Made by a program: the position numbers and the translations under genes
Notes under the pieces: generated by a model
What the model saw: the letters and a program-made list of their open reading frames with translations, nothing else
Databases searched by the model: none
Told to the model about the DNA's origin: nothing
In this document: positions 18,030-27,775 of the stretch, one piece after another
How positions within the stretch are numbered: the first letter of the stretch is position 1
How the letters are laid out: every line of letters starts with the position of its first letter
Source: Candidatus Pacearchaeota archaeon
GTDB taxonomy: Archaea; Nanobdellota; Nanobdellia; Pacearchaeales; GW2011-AR1
Assembly (NCBI GenBank): GCA_002731115.1
Contig: PBZO01000015.1
Span: 1,529 to 65,528, forward strand
DNA length: 64,000 nucleotides
Direction of reading: 5' to 3'

Positions 18030-18638
18030 TTATTTTATAAATCTTCTGGATGACCATTTTATTCTATTAAACCTGCTTTTTATAGTTTTATAAAAGATAA
18101 ATATTAAACCCCCCAAAATCCCTATGATTAAATCAGCCATAGTATCATCGTTTTTATCCATAATAATATTAAATTTTTCAAGGCCAGTTATATCCCTCAT
18201 ATATACTCCCTGAAGTTTTAAATCCCATAATTTATCTAATGTGAATTCAATTATCTCAAAGATTGTAAGTATTGCAATTGTAAACAGAAGGGTTGTTACT
18301 AATTTCCATTTAAGGGTTAGATTTTGATTATTTACTAAGAAAAAGACAATTCCCCCAGTTAATAAAGGGATTATTAAGTGAAGAATCTTATCGTAATTTC
18401 CGGATAAAAAATATAAGGGAGATAATAAAATTCCAAAAAATGCAATTATTAAAATATAAAGATAGTGTTTTAGTTCAAAATTTATATCAAAGTAATGGTC
18501 AAATATGTAAAAACTAACGAGTCCGGCAAGAGTTGCAAAAACTCTTAAGAGGTTTGAAGTATTCTTAAAAAAGTAGAGTAATGCAAATAATAAAAGAGAT
18601 AATCCAAGAATAAACCTTCTTTTATTTTTATATTCCAT
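18030..18638 (-). CDS. Hypothetical polytopic membrane protein
   Basis: About 5-6 hydrophobic helices. I prefer the ATG at 18638 to the TTG at 18650. No family recognised. Confidence 0.5.
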   Translation of the reverse strand: MEYKNKRRFILGLSLLLFALLYFFKNTSNLLRVFATLAGLVSFYIFDHYFDINFELKHYLYILIIAFFGILLSPLYFLSGNYDKILHLIIPLLTGGIVFFLVNNQNLTLKWKLVTTLLFTIAILTIFEIIEFTLDKLWDLKLQGVYMRDITGLEKFNIIMDKNDDTMADLIIGILGGLIFIFYKTIKSRFNRIKWSSRRFIK

Positions 18639-18689
18639 TTTATAAGTCAATCAAAAAAAGTTTATATATTTTTATCTTTCTAGAATATC

Positions 18690-19100
18690 CTATATTTTAC
18701 TTCTTACACTATGTTTAGCTCCGCATGCAAGACAATGGATAAAAGTTAATCTATCCTCCTTAATTAATTCTGTATCTGGTTTTTTACATTCCTTACATAA
18801 TACAAATTCTTTTACATATTCTTCTATTTTCTGATTTATTTTAGCACTTGGCACCTTAATATTTAAAACAAGTCTATTTCCTTCCTTTTGTCCCGAAGCT
18901 GCAAGTTCTCTTAATATAAATTTTTGAAAGTGTTCAGGGTTTCTCCTTATATGTGATGCAATTTGAACAAAGTTGGTTAAAATTGTTTTCTTACCTTCAA
19001 AATGTCCCTCTATTTTTGGAATTTCAAATCTAATACTATCTGTGCCAATTTGTTTTACTTTTTTATAAGCTTCTTCAATTAATTTACTATATTCATCCAT
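18690..19100 (-). CDS. eif2b: Translation initiation factor aIF-2 beta subunit
   Basis: 136 aa with the C-terminal zinc ribbon CKECKKPDT...CLACGA typical of aIF2-beta. Confidence 0.85.
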   Translation of the reverse strand: MDEYSKLIEEAYKKVKQIGTDSIRFEIPKIEGHFEGKKTILTNFVQIASHIRRNPEHFQKFILRELAASGQKEGNRLVLNIKVPSAKINQKIEEYVKEFVLCKECKKPDTELIKEDRLTFIHCLACGAKHSVRSKI

Positions 19101-19135
19101 AATTTAGTAGAAAGGGCATAGTTTATAAATGTTTT

Positions 19136-19666
19136 ATGTTTTTAAGAAATATGGGGATAAGAGATATTATTATAGGTATCGCAATTATAATTTTAACAAT
19201 TTCTGTTGTTGTTTATGGAATTAATACTATCTATTCAGAACCAGAATATTTTGATTTTTGTGAGGAATTTAAGACACAAGAAATAATTGAAATTCAAGAG
19301 AGATGTGAAGAGATTGGAGGGAAATGGAACTCTTATGAGGAACAAATATCCGTCCTTGAAAAAGAAGGATATTGTGATAGAGATTATAAATGTAGAGAAG
19401 ATTATGATAACTCTAGTGAGAAATATTCAAGGAATGTTTTAGTTATTTCTATCCCTTTAGGAATTTTAATAATTGTTCTTGGAGCATATTTTTTTAGACT
19501 AGATTCTGTTGGTGCAGGTTTAATGGGAGGAGGTGTAGGAACCATTATATATGGTACTGGAGGATATTGGAGATATGCAGGAGATTTACTTAGATTTGCA
19601 ATTTCATTAGCTGGATTAATTGCTTTAATCTGGTTTGCTTATTGGTTTAATAAGAAGAAAAAGTAA
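19136..19666 (+). CDS. Hypothetical membrane protein
   Basis: N-terminal TM, a Cys/Glu-rich ectodomain, then 3 Gly-rich C-terminal TM helices. No family recognised. Confidence 0.5.
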   Translation: MFLRNMGIRDIIIGIAIIILTISVVVYGINTIYSEPEYFDFCEEFKTQEIIEIQERCEEIGGKWNSYEEQISVLEKEGYCDRDYKCREDYDNSSEKYSRNVLVISIPLGILIIVLGAYFFRLDSVGAGLMGGGVGTIIYGTGGYWRYAGDLLRFAISLAGLIALIWFAYWFNKKKK

Positions 19667-19667
19667 T

Positions 19668-20294
19668 CTAACCTAACCATCTAACTTTTCCCGGGCGAGG
19701 CTCAAAGATTATCCCGTCTTCAATAAGTTTCTTAATCTCTTGATTAATTATCTCAGGAGAAGTTTCCTTTAAATCCATAATTATTTTATCAGTATCAATT
19801 CCTCCTTCACTTTCAGAATTTTTTACTAAATCTAATATCTTATCCTTTATCGCCACTATTTGTTGTTTTTCCATAGGAGGAGACTTTTCTATTCTCTCTT
19901 TTTCAAGTTCTAGTTTTCTAACTAATAGATATTTTGGGTTTTGTTCTTTAATTATTTCGGGGGAGATATATAATTCATTATTGAAATATCTTAAAACACC
20001 AATGACAATTACTGTTTCTCCCTGATTTATATTCTTAGATTTTTCAATATCATCCCCAAAGGCCTTTAATTTTATCTGTCCTGAACCATCATCCAAGGTT
20101 AAAAAAGAATATCTCTTTTCACCTTCACTATCATATTTATCTACAATATTTCCAATTATATTTATTCTAACTATTTTTTTATCTCCTAATTCTAAAAAAG
20201 TGAATTTTTCCTCATCAAATACTGGTTTTCCAATTAGTATATCTCCGATTCTAAATTTATACGCTATATTTCTTTTGAATTGTTGTTCAGGCAT
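19668..20294 (-). CDS. OB-fold plus C-terminal winged-helix protein (RPA32/Rpa2-like ssDNA-binding candidate)
   Basis: OB pattern VRINIIGNIVDKY...YSFLTLDDGSGQIKLKAFGDD...VIVIGVLRYF and a C-terminal wH-like ...IKKLIEDGIIFEPRPGKVRWL. It is the last gene of the mcm operon. Confidence 0.55.
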   Translation of the reverse strand: MPEQQFKRNIAYKFRIGDILIGKPVFDEEKFTFLELGDKKIVRINIIGNIVDKYDSEGEKRYSFLTLDDGSGQIKLKAFGDDIEKSKNINQGETVIVIGVLRYFNNELYISPEIIKEQNPKYLLVRKLELEKERIEKSPPMEKQQIVAIKDKILDLVKNSESEGGIDTDKIIMDLKETSPEIINQEIKKLIEDGIIFEPRPGKVRWLG

Positions 20295-20637
20295 CTTTAT
20301 TGTTTAATTTTACATTTTTATTTCTTAATATTCCTAATTGCTTCTCAAGATCTCTTATTTTCTTATCTCTAGAGTAATTTCCGGGATAATTACATCTTGT
20401 TTTTATTGATGGATTAAAGAATTTACATATTTCTTTTGCTTTTTCTTGATTAAAAAAGAGTTGCCCTCCTTTACTCCCAAAACTTGTCCTATATTCAGAT
20501 AATAAACATCTTTTATAGTGCGGATTTTTTTTGTATAAGAATAGACTAAAAGAACCACACTCTTTGTTTTTATATAATTCATGCGATATAGTTATTATCA
20601 TAATTTCTCTCATATTTTTTATTCTTTCTTTTTCCAT
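20287..20637 (-). CDS. Hypothetical protein (orf116) between mcm and the OB-fold gene
   Basis: The ATG lies 2 nt after the mcm stop, and the 3' end overlaps the next gene by 8 nt. Four Cys and a basic C-terminal helix. No family recognised. Confidence 0.5.
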   Translation of the reverse strand: MEKERIKNMREIMIITISHELYKNKECGSFSLFLYKKNPHYKRCLLSEYRTSFGSKGGQLFFNQEKAKEICKFFNPSIKTRCNYPGNYSRDKKIRDLEKQLGILRNKNVKLNNKDA

Positions 20638-20639
20638 CT

Positions 20640-22661
20640 TTACATCTTTTGAATATAACCTCTTCTTGGTTTAAAAATCTCTCCAGAACTATCTAATTTA
20701 TTTACTGCTTCATCAATCTCATTCTTAGTTAATTTACCCTCGAGTTCTTTTTCTATTTCTTCAACAGGAATCATTTTCCCTAAACGCCCTTCCAAGTTAA
20801 TTATTGTATCTCTTACGGTAATTATTTTATTTCTTTGTGAAGATGAAAACTTTCCTGATATTTTATCGATATCAAGGGTTTTGGATTCATAATCATAACC
20901 TACCTGCATTAAGTAATATCTTATTATCCCTATAGCTCTTATTGCATCTTCTTTTGAAACAGTATTACTAAGTCTTAATTTAGCTGAAGCTTCGGACATT
21001 CTTATTAATGCTTGTAATTGTCTTGCAGAAATTGGAATTGGTCTCATTGCACTCTCTGATAAAACAGGCCTATTTCTTAAATCAACATAGAATTTTTTTA
21101 TTTCAGATACTGCCTCTTCACTAAGATAAGGATTTACTTTTTGTTTTGCATAAGCAACATATTTTCTGAAAATATCTCTTGGAATTATCATATCTTTTCC
21201 TTCTTTTTTATGTTCATCTAAAACATGACTTGCAATTTTCGCATCTTTTTCTTTATTGGGTATATCTCTTAAAGTGAATATAACATCAAACCTGTTAATT
21301 AATGTTGGAGGTAAATCAATTTGTTGTGCAATTGATTGATGAGGGTCAAATCTCCCAAATTTAGGGTTTGCTGCTGCAAGAACTGAAGTTTGTGCCCGGA
21401 GTTGTGCTTGAACATTTGCTTTAGAAATTGTAATTGTCTGTTGTTCCATTGCTTCATGCATTGCACTTCTATCTCCAGGATCCATTTTTTCAAGTTCATC
21501 AATACAAACGATTCCTTTATGCGATAAAACCATTGCACCAGCCTCCAAACTCCACCCCCGAAGATATTCATCTCTTACAACTGTTGCAGTTAATCCCGCA
21601 CCTGATGCACTCTTACCAACCACATAACGTCCTTTTGGAGAGATATTTGCCATGAAGGTTAAACTTACTGATTTTGCTACTCCTGGATCTCCTATTAATA
21701 AGATATGCATGTCTCCCCTACTTTTTTGACCATCTGTATGGGTTTTTTGAACACCTCCAAATAATTGCAATACAAGGGATTTTTTTATTTCTTCATGACC
21801 CCAAATACTTGGGGTAATACTTCCCGAGAATTTGTCAAAAATTTGAGGGTCTTGCGAGAGTTCTAAAATTTGTCTTTCATCTTCTTCATTTATATCTAAT
21901 TCTTCAAAAGTTTCTTCTAATGCAATTAAATTATTAACCTCAACTGCAAGTTCAAATCTTGTTGAAAGTCCTCCTGTATTTAATGGAACAGGAACTTCTT
22001 TTAATATTCCCACTACTTTTATTCTACTTCCAGGAGTTGTTTTTTCTTCCATCCTAGGTTCAACTAGATCTTCTTTTACAAATACATTTATTCTTTTTGG
22101 TTGTTCTCCACCAATTAATGATTCTGGAGATTCTTCTATTACTAATCTTTGTGTGTCTACCATTCCCTTGCTTATTAATTTAAATCCCCCTCTTCTTCCA
22201 CAAGAACATCGTGCGGGTTCTCTAAATTTCTTTTCAATTTGTAATACACTAATAATTGTTCCACAACTAGGGCACTCAAATTTTGCATTTACTACTTGGG
22301 GTCTTACATCTGATGCCTGTCTTATTATCCCTTCGAGAACAATTAATTTATTTAGGTGCTTTGAACGTATATTTCTAATTTTTATCTGTTGTGTTTCAGG
22401 TAAATTATTTAGTCTTATTCTCACATTACTTACAAGTCCTGATTCTTCAATTGCTAGTTCGATAATTCTTAGAGTCTCCTCTGGATTTGAAAGAATCTCA
22501 TCTGAAAGTTTATTTGAAAATTCAGTAAGTTGCATAAAGTCAATGTAAATTACATTATCTCCTTTTCGTATTGATTCTCCTAATTCTTTTTTATGAAGAT
22601 TAAAGAAATTTTTTGCATCAATTGTTAATTCTCCACTTTTTAATTTACCCTCTTCAGCCAT
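20640..22661 (-). CDS. mcm: Replicative helicase MCM
   Basis: Zn finger CPSCG...CSCG, Walker A GDPGVAKS, Walker B CIDELEKM, Arg finger NRFDVIF and a C-terminal wH. 673 aa. Confidence 0.95.
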   Translation of the reverse strand: MAEEGKLKSGELTIDAKNFFNLHKKELGESIRKGDNVIYIDFMQLTEFSNKLSDEILSNPEETLRIIELAIEESGLVSNVRIRLNNLPETQQIKIRNIRSKHLNKLIVLEGIIRQASDVRPQVVNAKFECPSCGTIISVLQIEKKFREPARCSCGRRGGFKLISKGMVDTQRLVIEESPESLIGGEQPKRINVFVKEDLVEPRMEEKTTPGSRIKVVGILKEVPVPLNTGGLSTRFELAVEVNNLIALEETFEELDINEEDERQILELSQDPQIFDKFSGSITPSIWGHEEIKKSLVLQLFGGVQKTHTDGQKSRGDMHILLIGDPGVAKSVSLTFMANISPKGRYVVGKSASGAGLTATVVRDEYLRGWSLEAGAMVLSHKGIVCIDELEKMDPGDRSAMHEAMEQQTITISKANVQAQLRAQTSVLAAANPKFGRFDPHQSIAQQIDLPPTLINRFDVIFTLRDIPNKEKDAKIASHVLDEHKKEGKDMIIPRDIFRKYVAYAKQKVNPYLSEEAVSEIKKFYVDLRNRPVLSESAMRPIPISARQLQALIRMSEASAKLRLSNTVSKEDAIRAIGIIRYYLMQVGYDYESKTLDIDKISGKFSSSQRNKIITVRDTIINLEGRLGKMIPVEEIEKELEGKLTKNEIDEAVNKLDSSGEIFKPRRGYIQKM

Positions 22662-22743
22662 AATTAAGAAATAAATAGTCTCTTTTTATATTTTTATGTA
22701 TATTATTGAGTAGTTTTAGAAACCAAGAATTATTCTTGAGTAG

Positions 22744-23304
22744 TTAAAGTTTATAATTTTTTAGAGCAGTTTTAACATTTTTCAGAAGTTGTTTCATGCT
22801 ATCTTCAAGTTGTTGTTTGTTTTTTGTGCCAGTACATACTAATTTCCCATTACTAAAGAGTAAAAAAGTAGCATTTGGTTCTATTAGTTTATATACTAAT
22901 CCTGGAAATTGTTCTGGTTCGTACTCGGTATTGTCCATTTCTAATGCCAAGAAGTTTAAATTAAGCTTTAGATTAATTGTTCCTGATGCAACAATGTTCT
23001 GAACTGTTATTTTTGGCTTTATTGTAACTTTAACATTTATTTTTTTTAATTGCTTTATTACAACATCTATTACTTGTTTAACTTGAGTAGTTGATTTTGT
23101 ACCTGTACATACTAAGTTTCCAGAAGAAAAAACTAAAACTGCTGATTTTGGTTCTTTAACTCTTAAAACTAGTCCGGGAAATGTTTTTGGATTATATTCA
23201 GTATTTGGTTGAGTTCTTGCAAGTTTTGTTAATGGAACTGGTTTTTCTAAAGAAGCAGTTGCAACAATATTTTGTATCTTATAATTGCTTTTTGAATTAG
23301 CCAT
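22744..23304 (-). CDS. tbp: TATA-box binding protein
   Basis: Two direct repeats (QNIVATASL.../QNIVASGTI..., LVCTGTKS/LVCTGTKN). 186 aa. Confidence 0.9.
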   Translation of the reverse strand: MANSKSNYKIQNIVATASLEKPVPLTKLARTQPNTEYNPKTFPGLVLRVKEPKSAVLVFSSGNLVCTGTKSTTQVKQVIDVVIKQLKKINVKVTIKPKITVQNIVASGTINLKLNLNFLALEMDNTEYEPEQFPGLVYKLIEPNATFLLFSNGKLVCTGTKNKQQLEDSMKQLLKNVKTALKNYKL

Positions 23305-23367
23305 TTTTAGATAATAAATTACATGAAAAAGTCTTTATAAAGGCTTCGAAGAGGATTTATCAATAAT

Positions 23368-25062
23368 TTAATTCCTCTTCTGTTTTCCATAATCTATTTT
23401 AACTTCACTAAGAGTTGTTATATCTTTTGTATTTCTATCTGGCCTTAAGGTAGTAAATCTGGGAAATCTCAATGCAAATCCAGAAGAATAATTTTGAGAT
23501 TTTTGAATTTCTTGATAAGTAATTGTTACAACAATCTTTGGTTTTATTGTAACTTGTCTATCTTTCTCCTTAATTGTTAACGGTTTTATTTTTCTTGTTA
23601 ATTCTTCAAAAGTTACTTTTCCACTTCCAACTTTTTCAGTAATTCCTGTTCCAACTTTTCCAATTTCTAAGAATTTATCTTTATCTCTACAAGAAAGGAT
23701 AAAACTTGAAAGCCACCCAGAACGTTTTCCAGTTCCGTATTCTGCACCAGTTATTACTAAATCAAAATCTCTTTCTTCTGGTTTAATCTTCAACATATGT
23801 CCAACTCTACTTCCGGGTTGATATACTGCATCTAAGTTTTTCATCATTATTCCTTCTTGATTATCTTCTAAAGATTTTTTATAGAATTCTTCTGCTTTTT
23901 TTTCATTATTTGTTATTATTTGTTTTGCATATACTATTTTCTTTGGGTGATTTTTTACTATTTTTTTTATTAATGTAGTTCTTTTCTTAAATGGTTCTTT
24001 TAATTGAGATTTTCCATTATAATAAATAATATCAAAGACCTGTATTTCTATGGGAAGTTTTTTCTGTAATTTTTCTATATTATATTTTCTCTTAATTCTT
24101 TGACTTATCTCCTGAAATGGTTTATATTCTTTTGTTTCTTTATCAAATCCTACCGCTTCTGTATCTAATATAAACGAATCCCCTTTTACATATTCCCTTA
24201 TATATTCTACAACTTCCGGGAATTGCAGGGTTACATTTTCTAAACGTCTTGTGAATAATTTTATTTCTTTTTCCTTTTTGTGAATTATTAATCTAAATCC
24301 ATCATACTTATATTCTATCCCAACATTTTCTCCAAGTGCCTTAAATCCCTCTTTTATAGATGAAACTTTTTGTGCAAGCATTACTTTTATTGGTTTTCCA
24401 ACAACAAGAGGTATTTTCTTAAGCTCTTTTAATCCCCCTTCTTTTGCAATTTCAAATACAGCAGAAATATCATTTGTTTTATCTATTGCCTCTTGTATTA
24501 TCTTAGATGCCTCCTTATCTTTGTTAAAAAATGCAGATGAGATGGATTCCCTTATTGTACTCTCTTTTAATCCTATTCTCAAGTCTCCTATTAATGTTCT
24601 TATTAGATATAATGCTTCTAAGGGAGTTGCAGAAGTTAATAATTCAGTTATAAGGGAGAGTTTCTTTCCAATAGTTCCTTTACCAACTAAATCAGGGAGT
24701 TTTCTTAGATTCTCTAAGACTTTATTAATTGTCAAGACATGAGATTGTAAAGTAACTTGTTTTTTATTTTTTGTTAGTTTTTTAGAAACCTCTCCTAAAT
24801 CTCCTGAAAATTTCCATTCTTGAATTATTTTTGCATTAGGAATTCCTGTTGCTTTTGAAATTGCTTTTATTGCTAATTGATTACTTATCCCTATTTTTTT
24901 TTCATCATATTCGGGATAGATATCTCCTAGTAATAAATATAAAACATCTTTATCTTCTTCAGGGAGTTCTTTTAAGAATGAAGATAAGATTTCAATTTTT
25001 TCAAGTCGCTTTGTTGTAGATGAAAGTTTTTCATAAAGTTCTGCTAGTTTTTGATATCGCAT
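23368..25062 (-). CDS. lig: ATP-dependent DNA ligase
   Basis: Adenylation motif I EYKYDGFR, plus later motifs (EGIMMK, LKIKPE) and an OB domain. 564 aa. Confidence 0.9.
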   Translation of the reverse strand: MRYQKLAELYEKLSSTTKRLEKIEILSSFLKELPEEDKDVLYLLLGDIYPEYDEKKIGISNQLAIKAISKATGIPNAKIIQEWKFSGDLGEVSKKLTKNKKQVTLQSHVLTINKVLENLRKLPDLVGKGTIGKKLSLITELLTSATPLEALYLIRTLIGDLRIGLKESTIRESISSAFFNKDKEASKIIQEAIDKTNDISAVFEIAKEGGLKELKKIPLVVGKPIKVMLAQKVSSIKEGFKALGENVGIEYKYDGFRLIIHKKEKEIKLFTRRLENVTLQFPEVVEYIREYVKGDSFILDTEAVGFDKETKEYKPFQEISQRIKRKYNIEKLQKKLPIEIQVFDIIYYNGKSQLKEPFKKRTTLIKKIVKNHPKKIVYAKQIITNNEKKAEEFYKKSLEDNQEGIMMKNLDAVYQPGSRVGHMLKIKPEERDFDLVITGAEYGTGKRSGWLSSFILSCRDKDKFLEIGKVGTGITEKVGSGKVTFEELTRKIKPLTIKEKDRQVTIKPKIVVTITYQEIQKSQNYSSGFALRFPRFTTLRPDRNTKDITTLSEVKIDYGKQKRN

Positions 25063-25091
25063 AAAATAATTAAGGAAGAAATGTTTTTAAC

Positions 25092-25451
25092 TTATTCGTT
25101 TTTCCAAAGTTCATGCAGATTACAATAGGCTCTTGCCTTTGCAACATCAAAAGAAAACTCTGCTTCGGGTTTATCTCCAGGTTTTAGGAACACTCTTGAA
25201 ATATTCTTTCCATCAGTTGCCTCAATCCATTCAATATAATGTTCTTCCTCCATTGGATGTTCAACTGATCCTACTTTTACCTTATTTCCCTCAATTATAG
25301 GTACATGTTTCTCTGTTGCAGCATCTGTAGAATTTTCTTCTAATAACTTCATAGCTTGATTACAACAAACTAAGGTCCCTGCTGATTCATGTAAGACTTC
25401 AATTATCTTCCCACAAATTTTACATTTGTAGATTCGTCCATGTTCTGCCAT
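25092..25451 (-). CDS. dfx: Desulfoferrodoxin (2Fe superoxide reductase)
   Basis: N-terminal desulforedoxin CKICG...CC, then the SOR domain EKHVPII...[12 protein letters not shown]...YCNLHELW. Confidence 0.85.
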   Translation of the reverse strand: MAEHGRIYKCKICGKIIEVLHESAGTLVCCNQAMKLLEENSTDAATEKHVPIIEGNKVKVGSVEHPMEEEHYIEWIEATDGKNISRVFLKPGDKPEAEFSFDVAKARAYCNLHELWKNE

Positions 25452-25559
25452 TAAACTTTAATAAAAATAAGGTTTAAATATTTTATGTAAAATAGCTTAA
25501 TAGAGATTAATTTACCCTAAAATCCAAAGATATTTATAATATTTCTTTAATATATCCCT

Positions 25560-26618
25560 ATGAAAAAGGTTGTAAGATTAATCTCCCTCATTTACTTATT
25601 TATATTTTCAATAGAATTAATAAGAAGAACATCTCTATTTCTTGCACCAAATATTAAGGATTTTCTTTTACAAAGTTTAACCCCTATAAAAGCAATATCT
25701 GTTGGATGGTTTACAACTTCAATTGTTCAATCTTCAGGAGCAGTTGCATCAATTGCTGCTGCATTTGCAGGAAATAATTTAATTAATCTACAAACAGTTG
25801 TTTATATTTTGATTGGAGCATCCTTGGGGACAACTATTACTGCATTAATAATATCATTAATAACCGTTACTAAACAGAAAAAAGATTTTAGACATGGTTT
25901 TGAGATTGCATTATCTTATTCTATTTATAGTGCATTCTTAGTTGTTATAGTCTTTCTTTTAGAACATTATTTAGAATTATTTTCTAAACTATCTTTTTTT
26001 CTTGCATCCATATTAGGAGGAAAAATCTCCTTATTGAAAGTACCTAATTTTGTTGATTTGATAACTTCTCAAATTATAAATCTTTTATTTGAAAAAATTA
26101 ATAAATTTGCTTTATTATTATTTGCTTTTGTAATCTTGACTTTTACCTTAAAATATCTTGGCAAGTCTATTATAGAAGTTCTTGGGGGGGAAGATAAGGC
26201 TAAAAAATTTATTAATAAGTATTTTGATTCAAAATATAAGTCTTATTTCATTGGAGTTTTTTTAACAGCAATTGTATTTTCTTCAAGTATAACTATAGGT
26301 TTACTCGTTCCTTTAGCAGTCTCACGTTTGATTAGTCTAAAAAAAGCAATCCCTTTTATTTTGGGTGCAGATTTAGGAACAGCCTCAGATGTTTTTTTAG
26401 CATCAATAATTATTGGTAAAACAACGGCTTATGCAACTTCAATTACTTATACTTTGTTTGGGATAATCGGAGCATTAATTTTCTTACCAAATGTAAATTT
26501 TTTACACAAGACAACAAAATATGTTTCTAAAAAATTAATTAAGATTTCAAGAAAAAAAGCACTTTATATCTTAATTGCTTTTATTTTAATACCTTTAGGA
26601 ATAATCCTTATTTCTTAA
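25560..26618 (+). CDS. Na/Pi-cotransporter-family (PNaS-like) membrane protein
   Basis: Polytopic, with a SIVQSSGAVASI motif resembling the QSSSA repeat of PNaS transporters. The assignment is tentative. Confidence 0.45.
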   Translation: MKKVVRLISLIYLFIFSIELIRRTSLFLAPNIKDFLLQSLTPIKAISVGWFTTSIVQSSGAVASIAAAFAGNNLINLQTVVYILIGASLGTTITALIISLITVTKQKKDFRHGFEIALSYSIYSAFLVVIVFLLEHYLELFSKLSFFLASILGGKISLLKVPNFVDLITSQIINLLFEKINKFALLLFAFVILTFTLKYLGKSIIEVLGGEDKAKKFINKYFDSKYKSYFIGVFLTAIVFSSSITIGLLVPLAVSRLISLKKAIPFILGADLGTASDVFLASIIIGKTTAYATSITYTLFGIIGALIFLPNVNFLHKTTKYVSKKLIKISRKKALYILIAFILIPLGIILIS

Positions 26619-26635
26619 AATATATTCTCCTGAAT

Positions 26636-27016
26636 TTATTCTTCTAATTCTTTTAAGGCATTTCTAAACATCTCTCTATGATGTTTTTCTCTTTCTAAGG
26701 CTATTTCAAAAGATTTTACTGCAGCTTCATTTCCGTCTTCTTTTGCTTCTTGTATAAATCGCGGATACATCTCCTCAATTTCATCATTTTCACCTTCTGT
26801 AGCTTGTTTGAGGTTCTCTGCTGTTGATTTTGGTCCACCCATTACATTAAAATGACTTAATGCATGAGTTGTTTCTGCACCAGCAGCTTCCATAAATAAT
26901 TGCGCGATTTCAGGTTTTCCTTCATTCATAGCTTTAGTTGCAAAAGCTAAATATCTTCTATTTGCTTGACTTTCTCCAGCAAAAGCCGCTTTTAAATTTT
27001 CATCTGTTTTTGACAT
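26636..27016 (-). CDS. Rubrerythrin-like diiron protein without a rubredoxin domain
   Basis: NLKAAFAGESQANRRYLAFA and ExxH pairs (ETTHALSH, EREKHH). 126 aa with no Cys, so the C-terminal rubredoxin module is absent. Confidence 0.75.
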   Translation of the reverse strand: MSKTDENLKAAFAGESQANRRYLAFATKAMNEGKPEIAQLFMEAAGAETTHALSHFNVMGGPKSTAENLKQATEGENDEIEEMYPRFIQEAKEDGNEAAVKSFEIALEREKHHREMFRNALKELEE

Positions 27017-27088
27017 CTTTTATTTCCCTCTAGATTTAATAGTTTTTCTATTTAAAAACTTTATGGATGATTATTTTCTCTTTTTAGT

Positions 27089-27637
27089 TCAAATACTAGA
27101 TCTGGTTTTTGAAGTTGGATGTTTACTTCTTAGTCCTCTTGATTTCTTAGCAGAAGAGGTTAATCCCCTCATTGCTCTCTTCTTATTCTTGGGATTACAA
27201 ATCCAGTTTATTGTTTTATCGTTTTTTATTTCTGGTTTGTTTATATCTACCATAATCACTTCAAAAAAATAATTTATACCATCTTTTCCTATTGGATATG
27301 AATTTAAAACCTCAAGATTTTTGTATTTTCTTGAAACTCTCTGTTCAGCTATCCATTTATAATTCATTTTTAATGTTTTTCTAGTATGTAGTCTTTTACT
27401 TCTTCTCCCTTTATTAGGTCTTGGTCTTTTATGACCTCCTCTTTTAATTCTAATTCTTATTATTACAAAACCTTTTTTGTTTTTATATCCTAGGGCTCTT
27501 GCCCTATCTAATCTTAATGGATTATCCACTTTTGTAAACACTTGTGATTTTCTCCAGTCAATCATCCTAATTCTTTGTGTTTTTTTATCTGGTTTCTTCC
27601 ATGCCTGTCTTAGATAGTGATACATTCCTTTTGCCAT
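27089..27637 (-). CDS. rpl15e: Ribosomal protein L15e
   Basis: MAKGMYHYLRQAWKKPD N-terminus and a basic core typical of eL15. Confidence 0.9.
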   Translation of the reverse strand: MAKGMYHYLRQAWKKPDKKTQRIRMIDWRKSQVFTKVDNPLRLDRARALGYKNKKGFVIIRIRIKRGGHKRPRPNKGRRSKRLHTRKTLKMNYKWIAEQRVSRKYKNLEVLNSYPIGKDGINYFFEVIMVDINKPEIKNDKTINWICNPKNKKRAMRGLTSSAKKSRGLRSKHPTSKTRSSI

Positions 27638-27668
27638 AAAGAATTTACATAAAATTGCTTTAAAAAAC

Positions 27669-27676
27669 TTTTTAAA
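27669..27676 (+). promoter_or_regulatory. TATA-like box upstream of tRNA-Ile
   Basis: TTTTAAAT is centred about 27 nt upstream of the tRNA 5' end at 27700. Confidence 0.35.
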
Positions 27677-27699
27677 TTGATTTAATCTATTTTTTTAAT

Positions 27700-27774
27700 G
27701 AGCCTGTAGTTCAGCCTGGTTAGAATGCTGCTCTGATAAGGCAGAGGTCCACGGTTCAAATCCGTGCAGGCTCA
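27700..27774 (+). tRNA. tRNA-Ile (anticodon GAT)
   Basis: GAGCCTG-TA-GTTC..GAAT-CTGCT-CTGATAA-GGCAG-AGGTC-CACGG-TTCAAAT-CCGTG-CAGGCTC-A. No CCA. Confidence 0.85.
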
Positions 27775-27775
27775 T

